In this document: one piece after another, positions 55,819 to 64,000 of the stretch
Layout: each line of letters begins with the position of its first letter
Numbering within the stretch: the stretch's first letter is position 1
NCBI GenBank assembly: GCA_963820415.1
Contig: CAWFZT010000004.1
Coordinates: 261,344 to 325,343 of the forward strand
Direction of reading: 5' to 3'
Source of the DNA: an uncultured Chloroflexia bacterium
GTDB taxonomy: Bacteria > Chloroflexota > Anaerolineae > Anaerolineales > Anaerolineaceae
DNA: 64,000 nucleotides
Position numbers and translations under genes: made by a program
Notes under the pieces: model-generated
What the model was told of the DNA's origin: nothing
The model's input: the letters and a program-made list of their open reading frames with translations, nothing else
Databases searched by the model: none

Positions 55819-56580
55819 ATGCCTTACACCGCACCCGAGTTGATGACTGTCAATGCTGCACGGCTCCTTTGCAACAGCGACAAGGTCTTTGTGGGAGTAG
55901 GGCTGCCTAACCTGGCCTGCAACCTGGCGCGCCGTACGCATGCCCCTGATCTACTGATGATCTATGAAGCCGGGGTGATTGGAGCGCGGCCAAAGCGCCT
56001 TCCGCTCTCGATTGGGGACCCGACCTTGGTCAGTGGAGCGACTGCGGTATGCAGCATGTATGATATTTTCACCCTTTACTTGCAGCGCGGCAACGTAGAT
56101 GTCGGCGTTCTGGGCGGCGCTCAAATCGACCGGTTCGGTAATATTAACGCTACCGTCATTGGAGAATATTCGCATCCTATAACCCGGCTGCCGGGGTCTG
56201 GTGGATCGATGGAAATCGCTGCCTGGGCAAGCCGCTTCTATATAATCACTCCACACCAGAAAAGGCGATTTCCAGAAAGGGTCGATTTCCGCACCTCGGC
56301 TGGTTTTCTGGATGGGCGAGCTGAACGGGAAGCCAAATGCTTACGCGGCAATGGCCCACAGGCGGTAGTCACTGACCTGGGTATCCTGGAGCCGGATGAA
56401 AATGGCGAATTGGTTCTTACCGCGCTTCACCCCGGCATTTCAGTCGAACAGGTGCGGGCCAACACTGGCTGGGAGCTTAAAATCTCAAACTATATCCGCG
56501 TCACCTCGCCACCCGGTGAAGAAGAACTGCAAATCCTCCGTGAAGAACTCGACCCACAAGGCATTTACTTGAAGGGATAA
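55819..56580 (+). CDS. CoA-transferase subunit B
   Basis: ORF 55804-56580. The ATG at 55819 immediately follows the subunit A stop. It has MPYTAPELMTVNAARLL and the GSGGSMEI region. Confidence 0.8.
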   Translation: MPYTAPELMTVNAARLLCNSDKVFVGVGLPNLACNLARRTHAPDLLMIYEAGVIGARPKRLPLSIGDPTLVSGATAVCSMYDIFTLYLQRGNVDVGVLGGAQIDRFGNINATVIGEYSHPITRLPGSGGSMEIAAWASRFYIITPHQKRRFPERVDFRTSAGFLDGRAEREAKCLRGNGPQAVVTDLGILEPDENGELVLTALHPGISVEQVRANTGWELKISNYIRVTSPPGEEELQILREELDPQGIYLKG

Positions 56581-56581
56581 A

Positions 56582-57604
56582 ATGACGCCTACCCAAATTG
56601 AAGTCCTGGTAACTATCCCTTTCGACGAACCATTGATCGACCAGCTCAAGGAAATTTCCCCTCGTGTAAAGGTCATTGCCCAACCGGCGCGCCGGGTGGA
56701 AGAAATCCCCAATGAGGTGTGGAACCACATCGAGGTATTGTATACCGACCGGGTTCTGCCCGATCCGGCGCTGGTGCCTGCCCTGCGTTGGCTGCAGTTC
56801 CATTTTGCAGGGATCGATTTTGCGGTTGAATCCCCCTTGTTGAATAACCGCAATATTGTGGTGACCACGCTCAGCGGCGCGGCTGCACCCCAGATGGCTG
56901 AATATGCGGTGATGATGATGCTTACGCTGGGTCACCGTATGGTTGATTTATTCAACAGCCAGAACCGGGCGGAATGGCCGCATGATCGTTGGGAACGGTT
57001 TGGTCCATTAGAATTACGTGGCAGTACGGTTGGAATTGTTGGATATGGCAGCATCGGGCGCGAGATTGCCCGCTTGCTCCAACCGTTTGGGACGACCATT
57101 TTGGCGACCAAGCGAGACGTCCGGCACCCTCAGGACGCCGGTTATATCCCGGAGGGATTGGGTGATCCCGAAGGGGATTATTTCACTCGCCTGTACCCGA
57201 TCCAGGCGTTGAAATCAATGATTAAAGAGTGCGATTTTGTAGTCGTATGTGTTCCGTTGACGGTCGAGACACGTAATCTAATCAGCGAGGCTGAACTGGC
57301 AGTCATGAAGCCGACTGCCCACCTAATCAACATCGGCCGGGGAGGCGTGGTCGACCAGGCTGCCCTGTTCACTGCCTTGCAGGAACGCCACCTGGCCGGG
57401 GTGGCCATGGACGTGTTTGCTGAGGAACCTTTACCTCCTGGCAGCCCATTCTGGCGTATGCCGAACGTGGTCGTAACCCCTCATATTGGAGGGATCAGCG
57501 CCGTTTATCAGAACCGGGCGATAAATATGTTCGCGGAAAATCTTAGGCGTTACCTGGAAGGAGTCACTTTACTAAACCGTTTTGACATCATGAAAGGCTA
57601 TTAG
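56582..57604 (+). CDS. D-isomer-specific 2-hydroxyacid dehydrogenase family protein
   Basis: 340 aa. It has GIVGYGSIGREIA, NIGRGGVVD and TPHIGG motifs. Confidence 0.85.
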   Translation: MTPTQIEVLVTIPFDEPLIDQLKEISPRVKVIAQPARRVEEIPNEVWNHIEVLYTDRVLPDPALVPALRWLQFHFAGIDFAVESPLLNNRNIVVTTLSGAAAPQMAEYAVMMMLTLGHRMVDLFNSQNRAEWPHDRWERFGPLELRGSTVGIVGYGSIGREIARLLQPFGTTILATKRDVRHPQDAGYIPEGLGDPEGDYFTRLYPIQALKSMIKECDFVVVCVPLTVETRNLISEAELAVMKPTAHLINIGRGGVVDQAALFTALQERHLAGVAMDVFAEEPLPPGSPFWRMPNVVVTPHIGGISAVYQNRAINMFAENLRRYLEGVTLLNRFDIMKGY

Positions 57605-57607
57605 TCC

Positions 57608-58363
57608 ATGCTGAAAGTCGTTTTGTTTGATCTGGGAAATACGCTGATTTATTTCGATTCAACTTGGCCAGAAGTGACTGCTCAATCAGACCAGGCTTTG
57701 TATACTTACCTTCTTCAGTTAGGATATAAACTTGATGAAGCTTTCCCGCGCATCTACAACCTGCGCATGAACCGCTACTACCAGGAAAGGGAAACTGAAT
57801 TTATTGAGTACACAGCAGAGCTATTCTTACTTGATCTGATGAAAGAATACGGGTATGGCCAGGTTTCTGGCGAAATCTTGAAGAAAGCTGTCGCGACGCA
57901 GTTTGCAGTTTCTCAGGCTCACTGGTTGCCGGAGGAAGACGCCCGACCGCTCTTGGAGCTTTTGAAAAGGGAGGGTTACCGGCTGGGGTTGATCTCGAAT
58001 GCCATTGACTCTCAGGATGTACGCACTTTAATCGACAAGGGTAATTTCGCCCCATATTTCGAGGTTACCCTTATTTCAGCCGAAGTTGGGCTGCGGAAGC
58101 CTCATCCCAAAATATTCCAGATCGCGCTGGATCATTTTAATGTCTGCCCTGACGAAGTCGTAATGGTTGGAGATACTCTGGGGGCCGACATTCTTGGGGC
58201 TAATAATCTGGGGATTGCCAGCGTGTGGATAAACCGGCGCGCGGATATGAGACCTGATAATCTTGCCCATGACGATACGATCCAGCCAAAGGCAACTATC
58301 GCCGCCTTGAGTGAATTGCCGGGTTTACTACAGGCCTGGAAAAACCAATCTGGTCTTCTTTAA
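57608..58363 (+). CDS. HAD-superfamily hydrolase
   Basis: 251 aa. It has VLFDLGNTL, LGLISN and VGDTLGADILGA motifs. Confidence 0.8.
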   Translation: MLKVVLFDLGNTLIYFDSTWPEVTAQSDQALYTYLLQLGYKLDEAFPRIYNLRMNRYYQERETEFIEYTAELFLLDLMKEYGYGQVSGEILKKAVATQFAVSQAHWLPEEDARPLLELLKREGYRLGLISNAIDSQDVRTLIDKGNFAPYFEVTLISAEVGLRKPHPKIFQIALDHFNVCPDEVVMVGDTLGADILGANNLGIASVWINRRADMRPDNLAHDDTIQPKATIAALSELPGLLQAWKNQSGLL

Positions 58364-59234
58364 TGTTATTCTTCCGCAAATATAGCCCTTACTTTGCGTT
58401 GGGATCTGGCATTTTGGCGTTAAGTCTTTCCTCCTTATTTATCCGTTGGGCCAATGCGCCCGGGACAGTAACCTCTTTTTTCCGCATGACCCTGGCAGCC
58501 ATCGTACTGACCCCCTTTGTCTGCGCCGGAAAAAAGAATCGATAAAGCTGGATTGGAAAATCCTTTTACTGCCTTTGCTGGCCGGATTGTTCACCGCTTT
58601 AGATCATGCCGTGTGGAGCACGTCGATTCAGATGACCAAAGTGGCCAATGCCACCTTGATGAATAATCTGGCCCCGGTGTGGGTTTCTCTGATCGCAGCG
58701 GCCTTCTGGCACGAGAAACTGGATTGGCGGTTTTGGTTGGGCCTAGTCCTAACCATGGTGGGCGCCGGGGTGGTCCTGGGAAACGACCTGATCGCTAACC
58801 CTCACCTTAGCGCGGGAGATATGCTGGGCATCCTATCCAGCCTGTTTTATGCTGGTTATTTTCTGGTGACGCAGCGCGGCCGCAAAGTGTTTGACACGCT
58901 GACTTACATTTGGGCAGTGGCGATTATCTGCGCTGCATTCCTGTTATTGATCAACCTGGGTTTAGGCCGGCCGTTAAGCGGATACTCATTGTCAACCTAT
59001 CTGGTTTTTCTGGCAGCCGCCCTGGTGTCTCAAATCGTTGGCTATTTCTCGGTAACCTATGCGTTAGGTCATCTTCCTGCAGCCGTGGTTTCCCCGACGA
59101 TGATTGCCCAGCCCGTACTAACCGCCTTGCTGGCAATCCCCTTCCTGGGTGAGGAGTTGCAGCCCGGGCAGTGTTTGGGCGGCCTGACGGTGTTGGCCGG
59201 CATCTACCTGGTCAACCGCAGTCACCAGGCCTGA
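58363..59234 (+). pseudogene. EamA/DMT family transporter with a frame break in an A6 run (or assembly indel)
   Basis: ORFs 58363-58545 and 58446-59234 are consecutive halves. Inserting one A into AAAAAA at 58530-58535 gives a continuous ...PFVCAGKKESIKLDWKILLLP... Confidence 0.7.
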
Positions 59235-59335
59235 TCGTTTTCGCCAGATGGCTTTATGGTAGAATGGACCAGGAAATACTCTGGTTCATCGCTTTTAAAC
59301 TCAGGGAGTCAATACCTGGGAAAGTTTGGTATCAA

Positions 59336-60697
59336 ATGGATCTGTTTGATCAGGCCATGCAGGAGAGAATGTCTCAGGAAGCTCCTCTGGCAGCGCGCAT
59401 GCGTCCGCGCACTTTTGAAGAGTTTCTTGGGCAGGACCACATCATCGGCCCTGGTAAACTGCTGCGCAGGGCGATTGAGGCTGACCGGTTGTTTTCTTCG
59501 ATTATTTTGTGTGGCCCTCCCGGTACAGGAAAAACTACTCTGGCGCGGATAATCGCTGCACATACCAAGGCGAAGTTCGAAAGTATTTCGGCTGTCCTGG
59601 CAGGGGTAGCCGAGTTGCGCCGCCTGATCGATGCGGCGACTGAACGCCGCCGTCTCTACCGGCAGCGTACCATCCTTTTCATAGATGAAGTCCACCGCTG
59701 GAATAAAGCTCAGCAGGATGCCTTGTTGCCGCAAGTTGAAAGCGGTATGCTGACTTTGATCGGCGCCACGACCGAGAACCCATATTTCGACGTTATACCT
59801 GCCCTGGTTTCCCGCTCGCGGATTTTTTTGCTTGAACCTCTTACCGAAGAACAATTGGCGATCATCCTCGATCAGGCCCTGACGGATAAAGAAAGGGGAT
59901 ATGGTGACCGACCAATTCAATTGGATGAGGAAGCGCGCCTGCACTTGATCCGCCTGGCAGGGGGGGATGCACGTAACTTACTGAATGCCCTGGAGTTGGC
60001 GGTTGAAAGCACCCAGCAAGACCTGGTTGGTCATGTACATATCACCCTGGAGGTGGCCCAGGAATCCATCCAGAAAAGGGCGGTCGCTTATGGTCGCAAT
60101 GGAGATCCCCATTACGATACAATTTCGGCTTTCATAAAGTCTGTGCGCGGCTCGGATCCGGACGCAGCGCTGTACTGGTTAGCCAAGATGCTGACCGCCG
60201 GGGAAGATCCGCGCTTCATCTTACGGCGGCTAATTGTTTTGGCCGGGGAAGATATTGGCCTGGCAGACCCACACGGGCTACAAGTAGCGGTTTCCGCCGC
60301 CTACGCTTTCGAATATATTGGTTTACCAGAAGGGGTTTTTCCCATTGTAGAAGCTACGCTTTACCTGGCGACTGCTCCAAAATCCAATTCGGCCACCCAA
60401 TTTTTCAAAGTGCGCGAACTGATCGAAAAAGAAGGTATCGGTCCGGTGCCGATCCATTTGATGGACGCCAGCCGGGATGCCAAAGGTTTAGGACACGGTG
60501 CCGGTTACCAGTATCCGCACCTTTTTCCCGGCCATTTCATCCCGCAGCAGTACCTGCCAGATGCTTTGCTGGGATCCATCTTTTATGAGCCATCCGATCA
60601 GGGATATGAAGCGATGGTCGCCGAGCGACTGGAGCGGTGGCGTAAAGCCCAAACTGCTGGTCTGGGCTCATCTGGTGACGAAACGACGAAGGAGTAA
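59336..60697 (+). CDS. rarA: replication-associated recombination protein A (MgsA/RarA AAA+ ATPase)
   Basis: The ATG at 59336 gives MDLFDQ...[17 protein letters not shown]. It has [26 protein letters not shown] and a MgsA C-terminal domain. Confidence 0.9.
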   Translation: MDLFDQAMQERMSQEAPLAARMRPRTFEEFLGQDHIIGPGKLLRRAIEADRLFSSIILCGPPGTGKTTLARIIAAHTKAKFESISAVLAGVAELRRLIDAATERRRLYRQRTILFIDEVHRWNKAQQDALLPQVESGMLTLIGATTENPYFDVIPALVSRSRIFLLEPLTEEQLAIILDQALTDKERGYGDRPIQLDEEARLHLIRLAGGDARNLLNALELAVESTQQDLVGHVHITLEVAQESIQKRAVAYGRNGDPHYDTISAFIKSVRGSDPDAALYWLAKMLTAGEDPRFILRRLIVLAGEDIGLADPHGLQVAVSAAYAFEYIGLPEGVFPIVEATLYLATAPKSNSATQFFKVRELIEKEGIGPVPIHLMDASRDAKGLGHGAGYQYPHLFPGHFIPQQYLPDALLGSIFYEPSDQGYEAMVAERLERWRKAQTAGLGSSGDETTKE

Positions 60698-60698
60698 C

Positions 60699-61376
60699 AT
60701 GGCGAGCATTCTGCTGATCCGCCACGGCGAGAATGATTTTGTTGGAAAACGCCTGGCTGGTCACCTGCCGGGGGTTCATCTCAATGAAAAAGGTCGTAAG
60801 CAGGCCGAGTTAATCGCTGATACTTTACAGAACGCGCCGATAAAAGCGATCTATTCCAGCCCGCTGGAAAGGGCCGTTGAGACTGCCCAGTCATTGGCAA
60901 CTGCTCTAAACCTGCCAATAAACTTTCTACCCGGCCTGGCCGAGATAAATTATGGCACCTGGCAGGGAAAAACCACCAGGCAGTTGCATCATATGAAGGC
61001 TTGGAAGACGGTTATGGAAAAGGCGTCGGAAATGCGCTTTCCGCAGGGTAAATTTTTTGTCGAGGCGCAAGAGCGGCTGGTGAATGCTGTCGAAGAGATC
61101 AAACACGCCAGTGAAAAGAACGATCTGGTGGCTTGTTTTTCCCATTGCGATTCAATCCGCCTACTGCTTGCGCATTACCTGGACATACCCTTGGATGAAT
61201 TCCACCGGCTCAATATCGACACGGCTTCGATCAGCCTCCTGCATCTTGGGGAGGGCCGGCCGGCCCTGCAATTTATGAACTTCTTGATCGGCCTGGAATG
61301 GAAATTCCCCCAACCGGCCAAAAAACCAAGAATGAAGACCAACCCATCCAGAATTAACCGGGAGGACGGCCAATGA
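60699..61376 (+). CDS. histidine phosphatase (phosphoglycerate-mutase-like) family protein
   Basis: The ATG at 60699 lies 1 nt after the rarA stop. The N-terminus ILLIRHGEND carries the RHG motif. Confidence 0.8.
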   Translation: MASILLIRHGENDFVGKRLAGHLPGVHLNEKGRKQAELIADTLQNAPIKAIYSSPLERAVETAQSLATALNLPINFLPGLAEINYGTWQGKTTRQLHHMKAWKTVMEKASEMRFPQGKFFVEAQERLVNAVEEIKHASEKNDLVACFSHCDSIRLLLAHYLDIPLDEFHRLNIDTASISLLHLGEGRPALQFMNFLIGLEWKFPQPAKKPRMKTNPSRINREDGQ

Positions 61377-61714
61377 ATGAAAAAGAATCTATCGACCGGC
61401 TGGTGATTGCAGTGGTTTCCAGTGAGGATGTGGGAAACCTGGCGCAGGAGTTGATTCGCAATGGTTTTTATTTTACCAGGGTGACCAGCCAGGGTGGCTT
61501 GCTTTCAGGTGAGCTCGTTAGCTTGTTGGTCGGTATCAACAATTCACGCCACGCCGCTTTGCTGGATTTAATCGGTCGCTGCTGCCATACCCGCGTCAAA
61601 TATATACCGGCTATCGACAATTCGGCCTTCCAGGGACAACCTGTGATGATTGAAGCCGAAGTGGGAGGGGCGCTTATCTACACCTGTGAGGTTGAAAAGT
61701 TCGTGCAATATTGA
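61373..61714 (+). CDS. PII-like cyclic-di-AMP receptor family protein (DarA/PstA, DUF970)
   Basis: 113 aa. LVIAVVSSEDVGNLAQELIRNGFYFTRVTSQGGLL...VGGALIY...VEKFVQY is collinear with DarA-type proteins. Confidence 0.65.
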   Translation: MNEKESIDRLVIAVVSSEDVGNLAQELIRNGFYFTRVTSQGGLLSGELVSLLVGINNSRHAALLDLIGRCCHTRVKYIPAIDNSAFQGQPVMIEAEVGGALIYTCEVEKFVQY

Positions 61715-61726
61715 GGGTCAATATTC

Positions 61727-61852
61727 ATGAAAATAATCCTGGCGGTTATCAAGGATAGCAACGAGGCACGCGTGGTTGCACAACTAGTCAATCGTGATGT
61801 ACACGTCACGCGCATGGCAAGCACGGGTGGTTTTATTTGTTCTCAATGCTGT
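61727..61852 (+). pseudogene. truncated second DarA/DUF970-like copy
   Basis: My translation is MKIILAVIKDSNEARVVAQLVNRDVHVTRMASTGGFICSQCC*. It matches the family N-terminus up to STGGF and then terminates. It is under 60 aa and so is absent from the ORF track. Confidence 0.55.
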
Positions 61853-61911
61853 TGATTTCCACAAAGTTTGACCATTTTTGTCTGTTTTGTAAAAGGTAAT
61901 TATTTCTTTTT

Positions 61912-63210
61912 ATGGCTCAATATCGTTCACTGCGCTCCATGGGGGCGCTTGTCTGGCAGAATATTGTTGATACTACAGCCGGCGGCAAGTGGTCACGCCA
62001 GTTGGAGGGCCAGACCCGGCGCAATTTACGCTGGTTTTTTTCAGATGGCTCTTTTTCTGCGGCTAGTGATTCGATCACCGGCACTTATCTGACCCTGTAC
62101 CTACTGGCGCTGGGCGCCTCGGGGGCCCAGATCGGCTGGTTGACCGCCTTGATCAGCCTGGCAGCCGTGATGGTATTGCTCCCCGGAGCAATGCTTGCTG
62201 AACAAGCAAAAAGTCGCAAGAAAGTAGTGCTGTATTCTGGTGGCGTCGTCAGCCGTTTGGTCTTGCTTTTATTTGCCCTGGTGCCTTTTGTTCTTGGCGG
62301 ACAGGCGGCGGTCATCGTTGTGATGGTCTTGAAAATTTGTGGGGACTCTTGCGCCAACCTGGGTTTTCCAGCCTGGGCTTCGTTAGCCGCTGATCTTGTG
62401 CCTTTAGCCTGGCGAGGGCGATATTTCGGGTCGCGCAACATCATCATGGGTATCATCGGCATGGTTGTCACCTATGCCATTGGCCAAATGATTACGGGCG
62501 TGGGCGCCCCAATTGGTTATCAGGTCGCTTTTGGCATTTCTTTTCTCTTTGGATCGGTCTCCACCTTTTCCTATGCACATTTGCAGGAACCACCCACTGT
62601 TCCCCTACAGGTTACCCCTAAAGACTACACGCCTGCTGCAATTCTGGACACTTTGCGCTCCGATCGTAACTTCCTGGCTTATTGTATTTACGTTATGATC
62701 TGGAATTTTGGCCTCAATATTGCTAGCCCTTTTTTTACTGTCTACCAGGTGCAGGTTTTGAAAGCTTCGGCGGTGATGGTCGGTTTCATCAGCATTGCTT
62801 CGACCCTGTCCAGCCTGCCGGCGCAGCGCTACTTCGGTCACCTGGCGGATCGCTGGGGTGCACGGCGGGTGCTTCTCTTCACTGGCTTTCTTATTCCGAT
62901 ATTACCTGTGTTGTGGGCCTTTACCACGGCATCCTGGCAGCCGATTTTTATCAATATTTACTCTGGAGTCATTTGGGCTGGGTATAACCTGGCCGCCTTT
63001 AATTATCTTTTGACTATCACCAAAGCCGAGAACCGGGCGCGCTATATCGCCATGGCCCAGATTGCCGTTGCCCTTTCCACCGCCATGGGAGCTGCTCTAG
63101 GCGGAGAAATTGTTACCCGTTGGGGATTCATCGCTATTTTCATCGGTTCAGGGGTTATCAGGGCAATTGCCAGCCTGATCTTTGCACGCTTCGTGAAAGA
63201 CACTCATTGA
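61912..63210 (+). CDS. MFS transporter
   Basis: 432 aa with about 12 hydrophobic segments. Confidence 0.75.
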   Translation: MAQYRSLRSMGALVWQNIVDTTAGGKWSRQLEGQTRRNLRWFFSDGSFSAASDSITGTYLTLYLLALGASGAQIGWLTALISLAAVMVLLPGAMLAEQAKSRKKVVLYSGGVVSRLVLLLFALVPFVLGGQAAVIVVMVLKICGDSCANLGFPAWASLAADLVPLAWRGRYFGSRNIIMGIIGMVVTYAIGQMITGVGAPIGYQVAFGISFLFGSVSTFSYAHLQEPPTVPLQVTPKDYTPAAILDTLRSDRNFLAYCIYVMIWNFGLNIASPFFTVYQVQVLKASAVMVGFISIASTLSSLPAQRYFGHLADRWGARRVLLFTGFLIPILPVLWAFTTASWQPIFINIYSGVIWAGYNLAAFNYLLTITKAENRARYIAMAQIAVALSTAMGAALGGEIVTRWGFIAIFIGSGVIRAIASLIFARFVKDTH

Positions 63211-63314
63211 AATATTGTTCATTCAACAATTTCTTCATTCTTGAAATCCATGGGCTTTTTGTCGGTGATTTCAAAGCGCAAAAACCGCTGGGTAGTTCGT
63301 TGGTCTGAACCGGG

Positions 63315-64000
63315 CTATCTGGCTGTTCCCAGGGTGATAAAGCAGTCTTTCAGCCTGCCGTAAAGCTGGGAAAATATTGAAAACTGGCGCTGGTAGACTT
63401 CAGCATGGGCCGGGTTGGGGAACGTATCCAGCGTCGGTTCGAGCCAGGCCGTAAGGCCTGTAAAATCCTTCTGAATACCCGATCCCACCGCCGCTAAGTA
63501 AGCTGTCCCCAGCATAGTTCCACCGCTGTTCGGGCGCCAACGGATTGGCACGCCTAGAACATCGGCGAATATCTGGCGCCAGAGCGGGCTGCGCGCCCCA
63601 CCATTGATGGCGATAATTTCGGCGAGTGGGTTGTTCCGTTCGACCAGGATCTCCAGCATTTGCCGGTAACCAAAAGCCACGCCTTCCAATACGGCGCGGA
63701 ATAAATGTCCGCGTGAATGGGTATTTGCCAACCCTAAGAACACACCGCGTGCCTGGCTGTCCCAGATTGGCGTGCGTTCACCCATTAAATAAGGCAAAAA
63801 AACCAAGCTTTCTGCCCCGGCTGGGGTGGCGGCTGCTTCTTTGTCAAGCATCGAAAACAACCCTTCGCGCTGGATGCCAAGCATATCTCCGAACCACTGC
63901 ACTGAGCCGCCGGCATACACCGCCCCCAGGCTGAGCCCTTCCCCAGAAAGGTGGACGGTGTTGATCAGGCGCGGGTCGGTGTTTTGCATATCGGGGACCA
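63315..64000 (-). CDS. FGGY-family carbohydrate kinase, C-terminal part (gene continues past right edge)
   Basis: It has FLPYLMGERTPIWDSQARGVFLGL...RAVLEGVAFG and INGGARSPLWRQIFADVLG motifs. The frame remains open to the window end. Confidence 0.8.
   Translation of the reverse strand, partial: VPDMQNTDPRLINTVHLSGEGLSLGAVYAGGSVQWFGDMLGIQREGLFSMLDKEAAATPAGAESLVFLPYLMGERTPIWDSQARGVFLGLANTHSRGHLFRAVLEGVAFGYRQMLEILVERNNPLAEIIAINGGARSPLWRQIFADVLGVPIRWRPNSGGTMLGTAYLAAVGSGIQKDFTGLTAWLEPTLDTFPNPAHAEVYQRQFSIFSQLYGRLKDCFITLGTAR

Noticed and set aside
1-64000. CRISPR array, rRNA genes, intact IS/transposase or integrase genes
   Set aside because: I found no regularly spaced short direct repeats. The palindromic repeats are dispersed single copies separated by genes. 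I recognised no rRNA-like sequence. The only transposase signal is the 46-codon relic at 47565-47705.

Overview
This is a dense bacterial chromosomal window of mid-to-high GC. All three stop codons are in use and there are many 4-nt ATGA gene overlaps. The protein repertoire tentatively suggests a Chloroflexota/Anaerolineae-like genome; this is inference only. It includes MoxR/DUF58/DUF4129 operons, Thr/Pro-linker lipoproteins with NBR1-type Ig domains and an archaeal-type SAM synthetase.

Most of the window is housekeeping or metabolic:
- NuoE/NuoF-like genes, a serine hydrolase and an archaeal-type MAT.
- A Gfo/Idh/MocA, OYE-like flavoenzyme and two-subunit aconitase-X cluster.
- Two MoxR-DUF58-DUF4129 operons.
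- An S1 protease, DUF1028, proC, an rRNA-type methyltransferase, an FHA protein, an AI-2E transporter, mobA, PGI/PMI and dinB.
- Glycosyltransferases, PAP2, an aldo/keto reductase, DedA and P5C dehydrogenase.
- A CoA-transferase A/B, 2-hydroxyacid dehydrogenase and HAD cluster.
- rarA, a DarA-like PII protein, MFS transporters and an FGGY kinase.

I saw no rRNA genes, CRISPR array or intact transposase/integrase.

Three structures are not explained by ordinary genes:
1. At 860-3070, two tandem ~1-kb single-gene modules sit between the two halves of a comM-like target. One carries a lipoprotein and the other hsp20 with its own consensus promoter. The junctions form a clean attB/attP/attL/attR-type four-way pattern around a 5-bp core (GGGCA). 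The modules have conserved ends and covarying subterminal hairpins, and no recombinase is present in the window. They lie in a decaying tract (about 720-7800) with several comM relics and nonsense- or frameshift-disrupted genes.
2. A ~95-108-bp long-hairpin palindromic repeat family is confined to intergenic DNA, with at least 6 near-complete and 4 partial copies between 22.7 and 53 kb. The centres differ between copies but are always self-complementary.
3. An AT-rich ~4.3-kb island carries two GT-C membrane glycosyltransferases. It is bracketed by 217-nt direct repeats, each holding the 5' end of a GT4 gene plus a tRNA-Thr. The repeats differ only by synonymous changes in the coding part, and the two tRNA copies differ in the anticodon (CGU versus UGU).

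Several other genes carry frame disruptions that could be real or assembly indels. All coordinates and alignments were derived by eye from the sequence. No database search or computation was run.
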